A stretch of 48,217 nucleotides of DNA from positions 97,264 to 145,480 of the forward strand of contig JAULZW010000005.1 in assembly GCA_032117235.1 (NCBI GenBank). Direction: 5' to 3'. Numbering within the stretch: position 1 is the first letter of the stretch; each line of letters begins with the position of its first letter. The stretch is from Minisyncoccota bacterium. Its GTDB lineage: Bacteria; Patescibacteriota; Minisyncoccia; SW-4-49-11. The notes under the pieces are model-generated. The model saw nothing but the letters and a program-made list of their open reading frames with translations. It was not told the origin of the DNA and made no database searches. Positions 40,195 through 48,217 of the stretch are shown here, in pieces. The translations under genes were made by a program, and so were the position numbers.

Positions 40195-40788
40195 ATGATT
40201 AAAGAGAAGACATTTGTAATTATCAAACCAGATGCAATACAAAGAAGTTTGGTAGGAGATATTATGTCAAGAATTGAAAGAACTGGACTTAAAATTATAG
40301 CACTTAAAATGCTTGTTTCTAGTGAGGATGTATTATGGAAACATTATAATAAAGATGATACTTGGTTCCTTGAAAAAGGAAATATTGCAATTGAATCTAG
40401 AAAGTCTCAAGGATTAGAAGTTGAAAAAGAGGCTATTGAGTATGGTAAAGATATTTTAAGAGCAAACATTGATTTTATGACTTCTGGTCCAGTGATAGCT
40501 TTTATAGTACAAGGGAATCAAGCTGTAGGTATAGTTAAAAAATTAGTTGGGGGTACTGAACCGTTAACTTCAGATGTAGGGACTATAAGAGGAGACTATA
40601 CTGTAGATACTTACTCTCTAGCAAATTCATCATCAAGAGCAGTTAGAAACTTGGTGCATTGTTCAGATAAAGTCTCAGAAGCTGAAAGAGAAATTGCTCT
40701 TTGGTTTAATGATTCAGAAATTATCAAATACAATCTAGCTAATGAAAGAATATTATATGATGTGAATTTAGATGGAATTTTAGATTAA
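40195..40788 (+). CDS. ndk: Nucleoside diphosphate kinase (long form)
   Basis: EKTFVIIKPDA, SGPV, GTIRGD, NLVHCSD, EREIALWF. Confidence 0.94.
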   Translation: MIKEKTFVIIKPDAIQRSLVGDIMSRIERTGLKIIALKMLVSSEDVLWKHYNKDDTWFLEKGNIAIESRKSQGLEVEKEAIEYGKDILRANIDFMTSGPVIAFIVQGNQAVGIVKKLVGGTEPLTSDVGTIRGDYTVDTYSLANSSSRAVRNLVHCSDKVSEAEREIALWFNDSEIIKYNLANERILYDVNLDGILD

Positions 40789-40809
40789 ATAGTAAAATTA
40801 ATAATAAAA

Positions 40810-40845
40810 ATAAAAAACACTCTCTTTAACGAGAGTGTTTTTTAT
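40810..40845. terminator. Bidirectional terminator between ndk and mscL
   Basis: ataaaaaacactctc-tttaac-gagagtgttttttat. Confidence 0.88.
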
Positions 40846-40859
40846 AAGTCTAAATATAT

Positions 40860-41318
40860 TTATTTTTTCTTTGCTATTAAGTCTTTCGCTTTTCTTCTCA
40901 AAAAAACTTTCAAAACTATGAAAATTGAAAATGAAACTATTAAGAAATTAATAATTTGATTTATAAATAAACCATACATAATAAGGGGTGCTTTTGCAAT
41001 TTGTGCATCAGCTAAGGAATTAAATGAACCATTTAGAGATATATAAAGACTAGAAAAATCTGTACCTCCAATAATCCAACCAAAAATTGGCATAATTAAA
41101 TCTTTCACTAAAGATTGTATAAGAGAATTAAAGGCGGCTCCAACTATAATACCCACAGCTAAATCTATGACATTGCCTTGTAAAGCAAATTCTTTAAATT
41201 CTTTAATAAAACTGAATCCACTTTCTTTAATTTTTACAGGATTAATTTCAGATACTAATTCAGGAATATCAATGATAGGATGTTTTTTTAACTTCTTACT
41301 TTTTTTAACTTTATTCAT
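40860..41318 (-). CDS. mscL: Large-conductance mechanosensitive channel
   Basis: [37 protein letters not shown]. Confidence 0.95.
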   Translation of the reverse strand: MNKVKKSKKLKKHPIIDIPELVSEINPVKIKESGFSFIKEFKEFALQGNVIDLAVGIIVGAAFNSLIQSLVKDLIMPIFGWIIGGTDFSSLYISLNGSFNSLADAQIAKAPLIMYGLFINQIINFLIVSFSIFIVLKVFLRRKAKDLIAKKK

Positions 41319-41437
41319 AATATTTTAAGCTATATATTATGATATTATATTATATATAAACAATTTTGTGAATACCATATTTAGAACTGGAACTTTTATC
41401 TAATTTATAGTATAATTAACAAATATATTATTAAAAT

Positions 41438-42646
41438 ATGAAATTACACATAGAATCAAAATACATATACCTTATTATAGTGGGAATTATACTTATAACT
41501 CTTATTTTGGTTATATTATTTCAAACACAACAGATAAAACAATTTAGACAAGATCAAATTCAGAGAAATAATTTGATCTCTAAAGAATTGATTGAAGAAC
41601 CAATACTAAACGGACTCAAACCACAAATTATTAATATTCAAGATAAAAAACAAACTCTATACTTACCAGAACAATTTAAAATTAACATTTTAAGTCAAGG
41701 ATTTAAATCCCCTGAATTTGTAAAGTCTGACGACAAAGGTAATTTATTTGTAACAGATAGTGAAGCTAATACTTTATGGTTGGTTCCAAGTCAGAATCCA
41801 CAGCAACCTAAAGTTGTAGATGACAAATTAAATGGAGTAATGTCACTAGATTGGTATAAAAATTCAGTTTATGTAGCTACTGAAACTAAAGTTATACAGT
41901 ACATTGATATACAATCAGATGGTAGTTATAGGGAAAGAAAAACTTTAATTGATACATTACCAAGGCCCCAAAGTAATGCATACCATACTATATCTGTTTG
42001 GAATGATAAAATTTATATAGCTATACCAGCTAATTGTGAGACTTGTAAACCTAAAGACAAAAAATTTGGGAGTATAGTATCATATTCAATAGATGGTAAA
42101 GATGAAAAATTATTTGCACAGGGATTAAAGCAAATTACGGATATTTTTTTAGATGAAGATAATTTTATAGCAACAGATATAGGCAGAGACGGTATTAGCA
42201 ATCAATTGCCATCAGTGGAAATAAATAGAATTGAAGAAGGTAAGGATTATGGATGGCCATATTGCTATGGATATGCCAATACAGATCCTAAATACACAGA
42301 GCAAAGTGATTTTTGTAAAAATAAAGTAGAATCTTCAATAGCAGAATTACCAAAAGGCAATAATTTGGGTGGATTTGACTTGATTCCTGATATTTTTTAT
42401 AATGACTTTGCTAATAAGTATGTTTTTATATATCAAGGAGGACTTAAAAAATCTGTTCCAAAAGGATATAAAGTAGTAATTAAGGATATTAATAAAGATA
42501 ATACTGCTAAAAACTTTATCACTGGCTGGTTATTACAGGATGGGACTATTTGGGGTAGTCCTAAAGGCGTAACTTTTGATAATAATGGTTCTATGATTAT
42601 CACAGATCATCAAAATGGTCTATTATATAAAGTAACTAAAGAATAA
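41438..42646 (+). CDS. Membrane-anchored beta-propeller, PQQ-dependent sugar/sorbosone dehydrogenase-like
   Basis: LPEQFKI, FAQGLK, DYGWPYCYG, GYKVV, FITGWL..G..WGSP; several motifs divergent. Confidence 0.75.
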   Translation: MKLHIESKYIYLIIVGIILITLILVILFQTQQIKQFRQDQIQRNNLISKELIEEPILNGLKPQIINIQDKKQTLYLPEQFKINILSQGFKSPEFVKSDDKGNLFVTDSEANTLWLVPSQNPQQPKVVDDKLNGVMSLDWYKNSVYVATETKVIQYIDIQSDGSYRERKTLIDTLPRPQSNAYHTISVWNDKIYIAIPANCETCKPKDKKFGSIVSYSIDGKDEKLFAQGLKQITDIFLDEDNFIATDIGRDGISNQLPSVEINRIEEGKDYGWPYCYGYANTDPKYTEQSDFCKNKVESSIAELPKGNNLGGFDLIPDIFYNDFANKYVFIYQGGLKKSVPKGYKVVIKDINKDNTAKNFITGWLLQDGTIWGSPKGVTFDNNGSMIITDHQNGLLYKVTKE

Positions 42647-43998
42647 TGAAAATTCTAAAATCAAATATAGGGGTAGCTTTTCTATCATTTTTTATTTCAG
42701 CTAATATAGTCGGAATTGGTGCATGGTTACTATTTAACAATTCTCAGCATCTTCCTATCATACAGAATTTAAATCCAATAAAGATAGATAAAAATGTCAA
42801 TAAACCAGCTCAAGAAAATATTTTATTATTAGGTAAAGGAGGCAAAAAACACGATGGAGGGGATTTGACTGACACTATTATGATTGCTCAAATTCTTAAT
42901 CCAGAAAAACAAATTAATTTAATATCTATCCCAAGAGATTTTCTGGTTTTTGACAGTAAGGGTAATTATAGTAAAATTAATAGTATCTATGTCAATGCTA
43001 TAAATCAAGGTAAAAACAAGGAAGAATCGATAAAAGTATTACAGGATAAATTAACTGAAATTACAGGAATTAGTTTTAATTATTATGCTGAAGTAGATTT
43101 TGCAGGTTTTGTAAAAATAATAGATAAAATAGGAGGAGTAGAAGTTGATGTAACCGAAGCTATTGATGACCCTTATTATCCAGGTCCTAATTATAGCTAC
43201 CAAAGATTTACTATACCAGCAGGTATACAAACTTTAGACGGAGAAACCGCACTTAAGTATTCACGAACTAGATATACTTCAGTTGGGGGTGACTTGGATC
43301 GCTCCAGAAGACAACAACAAATTATAAGTAATATGAAGGACAAGATTTTTAGTCTAAATCCAGTTTTAGATGCGCCTAAACTTGTATCATTGATAGGGAT
43401 TGTAAAAGAGGCAATAAAAACAGATTTATCTCTCACAGATGTGAAAGGACTTTATGATACTTATCAAGATAGCAAAGACTATACTGTTAAATCCTTAGTA
43501 ATAGGTAATAATTTATTAACAGGTAATATTAAAGAAGGACATAGACAATTTGGTACAGCTAAAGGTTATATTTTAGAACCAAGAATAAGTGAACAAAATT
43601 ATCTAGAAATACAAGAAGAGATATCCAATATCTTTGACATAGCAAAATATGAAGAAAAATTAACTAATTTAAGAAAAAATAAATCTGAATTAGAAATAAT
43701 CTGGGGAGAAAATTTGACTAAAATAGAGAAAACACATATTCAAGAATTTTTACAAGCAAGAGGATTTAGAGTCAAAGTTATTGAGTCTAATAAATTAGAT
43801 ATTATCCCATTAGAGAACACTTTATATTTAGGAAATAATCCATATCAACAAAACCAATCTGAAACCTCCTCAGAGATAGAAAATGTCAATATATCAACAG
43901 ATTATATTAAGGATATATTCCAACCAACTATAGATACCCAATTTAGCTTAAAAAAAGACACCACAATCTTATATATTACAAATACATTAAAATTTTAG
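42646..43998 (+). CDS. LytR-CpsA-Psr (LCP) family protein
   Basis: NILLLG, LTDTIM, ISIPRD, ALKYSRTR, DLDRSRRQQ. Confidence 0.92.
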   Translation: MKILKSNIGVAFLSFFISANIVGIGAWLLFNNSQHLPIIQNLNPIKIDKNVNKPAQENILLLGKGGKKHDGGDLTDTIMIAQILNPEKQINLISIPRDFLVFDSKGNYSKINSIYVNAINQGKNKEESIKVLQDKLTEITGISFNYYAEVDFAGFVKIIDKIGGVEVDVTEAIDDPYYPGPNYSYQRFTIPAGIQTLDGETALKYSRTRYTSVGGDLDRSRRQQQIISNMKDKIFSLNPVLDAPKLVSLIGIVKEAIKTDLSLTDVKGLYDTYQDSKDYTVKSLVIGNNLLTGNIKEGHRQFGTAKGYILEPRISEQNYLEIQEEISNIFDIAKYEEKLTNLRKNKSELEIIWGENLTKIEKTHIQEFLQARGFRVKVIESNKLDIIPLENTLYLGNNPYQQNQSETSSEIENVNISTDYIKDIFQPTIDTQFSLKKDTTILYITNTLKF

Positions 43999-44001
43999 TT
44001 T

Positions 44002-44502
44002 ATGCAACTAATTGTAGGGCTTGGTAATATTGGAGATAATTATAAGCACACTTATCATAATACGGGTTTTGAATGTTTGGATTTTATGACCCAACAAGCC
44101 GAGTTTAGTTATAAAAAGCAATTTCTAGGTGCAACTTATAATAAAAACGATACAATTTATCTAAAGCCCCATACCTATATGAATAATTCAGGACAGTCTG
44201 TTTTAGCTTTGAAGCAATATTATAATATACAAGATAGTGATATTATAGTTATTCAAGATGACTCAGATATAATTCTAGGTGAATATAAAATTCAAGCCAA
44301 TCGAGGAAGTGGAGGCCATCATGGAATAGACTCAATCTTTCAGCACGTCTCACCAGCTGTCACAAGAATTAGAGTAGGAATTAGAGCCGAGCGATTTATA
44401 GGTAAAAAAGCTCAAGAATTTGTTTTAAAGTCAATATCTAAAGAAGATAAAGTAATTTTAGATCAAGTTTATAAGCAAATTCAAGATAGCTTAAAAATAT
44501 AA
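44002..44502 (+). CDS. pth: Peptidyl-tRNA hydrolase
   Basis: LIVGLGN, T.HN.GF, KP.TYMN.SG, GSGGHHG, RIRVGI. Confidence 0.93.
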   Translation: MQLIVGLGNIGDNYKHTYHNTGFECLDFMTQQAEFSYKKQFLGATYNKNDTIYLKPHTYMNNSGQSVLALKQYYNIQDSDIIVIQDDSDIILGEYKIQANRGSGGHHGIDSIFQHVSPAVTRIRVGIRAERFIGKKAQEFVLKSISKEDKVILDQVYKQIQDSLKI

Positions 44503-44642
44503 TTTATAGAGATATAACAAGTATATTCCATTATTCTTGAAGAATAGGGGAATATAAAACAATGGTTTTATATTGATTTATTATCATATTTTCTGTACAA
44601 TAATAGAAAGTAGTCAATAATTATAATAAATTTACACTGTAT

Positions 44643-45236
44643 ATGTCGCTCAATCTGAAAAGCCCGTTAATATATTTGTTAGGAACAGAAAAAGTAAAGA
44701 TTTTGAAAGTATTTTTGAAAGATTCTACAAAGCAACTAAATTTAGAAGAACTTCATACAAGGACTCATATTCCTCTCAATACACTTAAAACAGAATTGCG
44801 ACAAGCTATTAATTATAATATTATTCAAGAATTTAAATCTAAAAAAGAAACAAGCTATATTTTAAATCAAATTGAGGAGGTTTTAGCTTTAGAGACAGTT
44901 ATATTTCGCTTAAGTAAATCTTTTTTTGAAATCTTAGCTCAAAAACTTGAAAAAATTGGAAATATACAATTATGTATAGCAATGGGAGCATTTTTACAAA
45001 GAGAAAAAGATAGGGTGGATATGTTTTTAGTCGCTGATGATATAAATGAAAAAAAGTTTGAAGCTTTAATAAAAGATATAGAAACTGAATTAGCACAAGA
45101 AATAACTTATACAGTTCTGACCATAAAAGAGTTTGAATATAGGCAAAATATGTTTGATAAATTCGTATTAGATATACTGGAGAATAAAAATACTCAAATT
45201 GTTATTGACAAATCTGCGGTTTCATTAGATAATTAA
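44643..45236 (+). CDS. Hypothetical protein: winged HTH plus degenerate nucleotidyltransferase-like domain
   Basis: N-terminal HTH-like pattern; GAF......VDMFLV.D...E.EL..EI.YTV....EF.YR. Confidence 0.55.
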   Translation: MSLNLKSPLIYLLGTEKVKILKVFLKDSTKQLNLEELHTRTHIPLNTLKTELRQAINYNIIQEFKSKKETSYILNQIEEVLALETVIFRLSKSFFEILAQKLEKIGNIQLCIAMGAFLQREKDRVDMFLVADDINEKKFEALIKDIETELAQEITYTVLTIKEFEYRQNMFDKFVLDILENKNTQIVIDKSAVSLDN

Positions 45237-45243
45237 GTAAATA

Positions 45244-45316
45244 GCCTCGATAGCTCAGGTAGTAGAGCACAGGTCTGAAGAACCTGGTGTCGTAAGTGCA
45301 AGTCTTACTCGGGGCA
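45244..45316 (+). tRNA. tRNA-Phe(GAA), CCA not encoded
   Basis: Acceptor gcctcga/tcggggc; anticodon arm caggt-ctGAAga-acctg; atypical T loop tgcaagt. Confidence 0.9.
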
Positions 45317-45338
45317 CATAAATTGAATTAAATTAAAT

Positions 45339-46727
45339 ATGCATACCAATCCAAATATATTCAAAGCTTATGATATTAGAGGTGTATATGGTACTGATCT
45401 AACCGATGACACTGCCTATAGATTGGGACGTGCTTATGGTCAATTCTTAAAACAAGAATATCCAAATCAATCTGAGTTGACTGTAATTGTAGCTCGTGAT
45501 ATGAGAGAATCTGGAGTTTCTTTGGAATCTAAACTCAAGCAGGGTTTATCTGATGAAAATATCAAAATTATAAATATTGGAGTTTCTTCAACTCCAATGA
45601 TGTATTATGCAGTACTAGAATATGGAGTAGCCGGAGGAATTATTATAACTGCTTCTCATAATCCAGCTGAATATAATGGGTTTAAGTTAGTAAAACATAA
45701 TGCTATTCCAATCTCAGGAGATAAAGGGATATATCAGATGCGTGATATAGTTGTTAATAATACTCTAGAAGCTAAAAATTTACCTATATTAGAGACTATT
45801 AAAGCTAACACCCTACAAGATTATATTCAAGATATTTTAAATTATCATAGTAAGGAAATTGAGATTAAGCCACTTAAAGTTGTAGTTGACACTGCTAATG
45901 GTATGGGATATCCTGCGATTAAAGCTTTTTTGGACAATTTTCCACAGCTAGAGGCAACTTATTTATATTCAGAGTTAGATGGAAATTTTCCAAATCATGA
46001 AGCTAATCCTCTAAAAGAAGAGACACTTTTAGATTTACAAAATAAAATTATAGAATTAGGAGCTGACTTTGGAATTGCAGGAGACGGAGATTTTGATAGA
46101 GTTTCATTTGTAGATAATACCGGTAAAACTATTAGGCCAGATATTACTACCGCTCTTTTAGCTCAATTATTATTGAATGGTAGAGAAGGAGCTAAGATAT
46201 TATATGATCTTAGATCATCCAATATAACTCCAGAGGAAATTACTAGACAAGGTGGAGTCCCAATGCAGACTAGAGTAGGGCATTCCTTTATCAAAGCTCA
46301 GATGCGAGAAGAAAAAGCTTTTTTTGCGGGTGAATTTTCTGGACATTTTTATCTTGATATGATTAAGGGTCGAGAACATGCTTATTTTGAAAATCCATTA
46401 TTTGTAATACTAAAGATTTTAGAATTATTATCTGAGAATGATATAAGCCTCAATGCACTTACCAAAGATTTATTCATCTATTCTCACTCAGGAGAGATAA
46501 ACTTCGAGATTGAAAGACCCAAAGATGAAATTTTAGCTGAGATCAAACAAGAATTCAGTCAAGGAAAGCTCAATGAATTAGACGGAATTAGAATAGACTA
46601 TTCAGATTTTTGGTTTTCAGTGCGAGCCTCTAATACCGAACCGGTTTTAAGATTAATTGTAGAGGGTAAAACTGAATCTAAAATGGAGGATATTAAGGCT
46701 AAGCTCATAGATATAATTACAAAATAG
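45339..46727 (+). CDS. Phosphomannomutase/phosphoglucomutase
   Basis: FKAYDIRG, TASHNP, DGDFDR, GEFSGH, RASNTEP. Confidence 0.95.
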   Translation: MHTNPNIFKAYDIRGVYGTDLTDDTAYRLGRAYGQFLKQEYPNQSELTVIVARDMRESGVSLESKLKQGLSDENIKIINIGVSSTPMMYYAVLEYGVAGGIIITASHNPAEYNGFKLVKHNAIPISGDKGIYQMRDIVVNNTLEAKNLPILETIKANTLQDYIQDILNYHSKEIEIKPLKVVVDTANGMGYPAIKAFLDNFPQLEATYLYSELDGNFPNHEANPLKEETLLDLQNKIIELGADFGIAGDGDFDRVSFVDNTGKTIRPDITTALLAQLLLNGREGAKILYDLRSSNITPEEITRQGGVPMQTRVGHSFIKAQMREEKAFFAGEFSGHFYLDMIKGREHAYFENPLFVILKILELLSENDISLNALTKDLFIYSHSGEINFEIERPKDEILAEIKQEFSQGKLNELDGIRIDYSDFWFSVRASNTEPVLRLIVEGKTESKMEDIKAKLIDIITK

Positions 46728-46767
46728 TAAAAAATTTTTCAGTTAAAAAATAAATATAATTGAAAAT

Positions 46768-46803
46768 AACAAAAAAATGGAGTTTGTACTCCATTTTTTT
46801 GTT
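46768..46803. terminator. Bidirectional terminator
   Basis: aacaaaaaaatggagt-ttgt-actccatttttttgtt between convergent genes. Confidence 0.88.
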
Positions 46804-46829
46804 TATGATATAAAACTTTTAGATTATAT

Positions 46830-47333
46830 CTATCTAGTTACAGATATTGTAGCAGATAATTCAGCTCTAGGAGCACTAACAGTAATTCTACCATCTGTAG
46901 CTACTTGAGTAACAGTATATCCTGTACATACAGCACTTGCTCCATTAGGGTCAAATGGTAAGGCTGCAACACTATTTGGAACCAATTGAGAGGTTAAATC
47001 AAGAGCAGCAGTTGTACCTGCGACCACAAGAGTTGTCCCAGATGGACCACAGACAGCTGTTGCACCTGTACCAAGAGCATAAACAGTCCCATCTGCTAAA
47101 GCAGTGTTCATAGTCGTTAGATTATTCTGTGCATCTTCAATGATTTTTTGATAAATAGCATTAGATATTACATTTACATCAGATCTTCTCTGAGCATTAC
47201 GAGCTTGAGCTAATTGACGAGTTGGGTTAATAGCTACTAATACAACTGCAGCTAATATACCAATAGCGGCAATAACCAACAATATTTCTAGTAAAGTAAA
47301 CCCTTTTTTTTGTGATACGGAGATCTTATTCAT
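46830..47333 (-). CDS. Type IV pilin, probable major pilin
   Basis: [20 protein letters not shown]; short, Ala-rich, one Cys pair; stand-alone with terminator. Start at ATG 47333. Confidence 0.88.
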   Translation of the reverse strand: [167 protein letters not shown]

Positions 47334-47532
47334 ATTGAGTTTTGAATTAATTTTAATGGTAACTCTAATATTTATTATATATGGTATGTTAGTATAAGTC
47401 AATACAGATATTTCGCAAAGTTATCCACAATTTTGTTATTGAACTTAGTTCTATAAAATGGTATAATAATAACAATAAAATATTATAAATATATAGTATT
47501 TATTGTAGTTATAAAATAAATATTGATAAATA

Positions 47533-48217
47533 ATGAATTTATCAAAATTCCAAAATATATTAAATTTAAAGTGTAAAAAATATTCTAAAATATTCTTTTA
47601 TTTTGCTTTTGCATTAACGCTAAACATATTTAGTATCAATTCATTATATGCAAGTCCTGGAATTAATACTCAAATACCTTACTCAGGAACTATTATTAAA
47701 AATAATGGTACAATTCTTTCAGACGGTACTTATAGGGCTAAGTTTATACTATACCCTAATTCAGTTCCTACAATATCTGAGACCCCTATATATGAAGAGA
47801 TAAGAGATGGAAGTACAACATTATTATCTATATCTGACGGTAAATTTGATATTTTATTAGGAAGTCAAAATACAGGAATTAGCTCCATAAACGATGATTC
47901 TTTATGGTTGGAATTACAATTAGATGCTGATGGGAATGGTTCTTATGAAGAAACATTTCTTCCTCGTAAAAGAATTGGTTCAGCTATGTCGGCTATAAAC
48001 TCTCTTAGATTGGTAGCTGCTAATGGGGGTGCAGATACAGATACTTTATCTTTAGATATAGCTGGAAATGTTGTAGCAACTTCTCTAGGAGGGGTAGCAA
48101 GTACATCTGTAACATCAGGCTATGATAGGGTGTTATTGGCTAATAGTAGTGGGCAATTTAGTCAGGCAGGATTTGATAGTTTAGGTTTTTGGAGAGGTGT
48201 AGGTAATCCTACTACAG
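47533..48217 (+). CDS. Secreted/surface fibre-like protein, 3'-partial (not in ORF track)
   Basis: Hand translation: MNLSKF...signal/TM...ASPGINTQIPYSGTIIKNNG...DGKFDILLGS...LWLELQ...FSPRKRIGSA; open to the window end. Confidence 0.75.
   Translation, partial: MNLSKFQNILNLKCKKYSKIFFYFAFALTLNIFSINSLYASPGINTQIPYSGTIIKNNGTILSDGTYRAKFILYPNSVPTISETPIYEEIRDGSTTLLSISDGKFDILLGSQNTGISSINDDSLWLELQLDADGNGSYEETFLPRKRIGSAMSAINSLRLVAANGGADTDTLSLDIAGNVVATSLGGVASTSVTSGYDRVLLANSSGQFSQAGFDSLGFWRGVGNPTT

Noticed and set aside
47421-47429. Perfect DnaA box TTATCCACA in an AT-rich intergenic region (possible oriC)
   Set aside because: Single box, no cluster seen and no dnaA/dnaN nearby; at most a regulatory site.

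Overview
Very AT-rich chromosomal window that most resembles a Patescibacteria (CPR)-type bacterium using genetic code 11. That assignment is inferred from gene content: shortened UvrC, membrane-anchored Clp ATPase, TrmB, many pilins and no Shine-Dalgarno signals. Most of it is housekeeping: rfbB/rfbA/galU, tig, split comEC, infC-rpmI-rplT, smpB-tmRNA, ftsZ, uvrC, hrcA-grpE, rodA, htrA, groES/EL with a variant CIRCE, ndk, mscL, pth, a phosphomannomutase and three tRNAs. The most notable content is a type IV pilus adhesion toolkit. It has a sensor kinase and receiver, PilB, PilC and a full FimT/PilV/PilW/PilX-like minor pilin set, three of which carry C-terminal lectin-type domains resembling those of phage virion proteins. 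A paralogue of the putative major pilin is fused to an FGE/C-type-lectin domain ending in a DGR-like variable region, with no reverse transcriptase or template repeat seen in the window. Other observations are an orphan ~90-nt small RNA unit with a perfect promoter and terminator, a comEC start codon abutting a tRNA 3' end, and a PspC-linked membrane-anchored Clp module. No CRISPR array, rRNA, integrase or transposase was seen. All calls were made by eye, without database searches.
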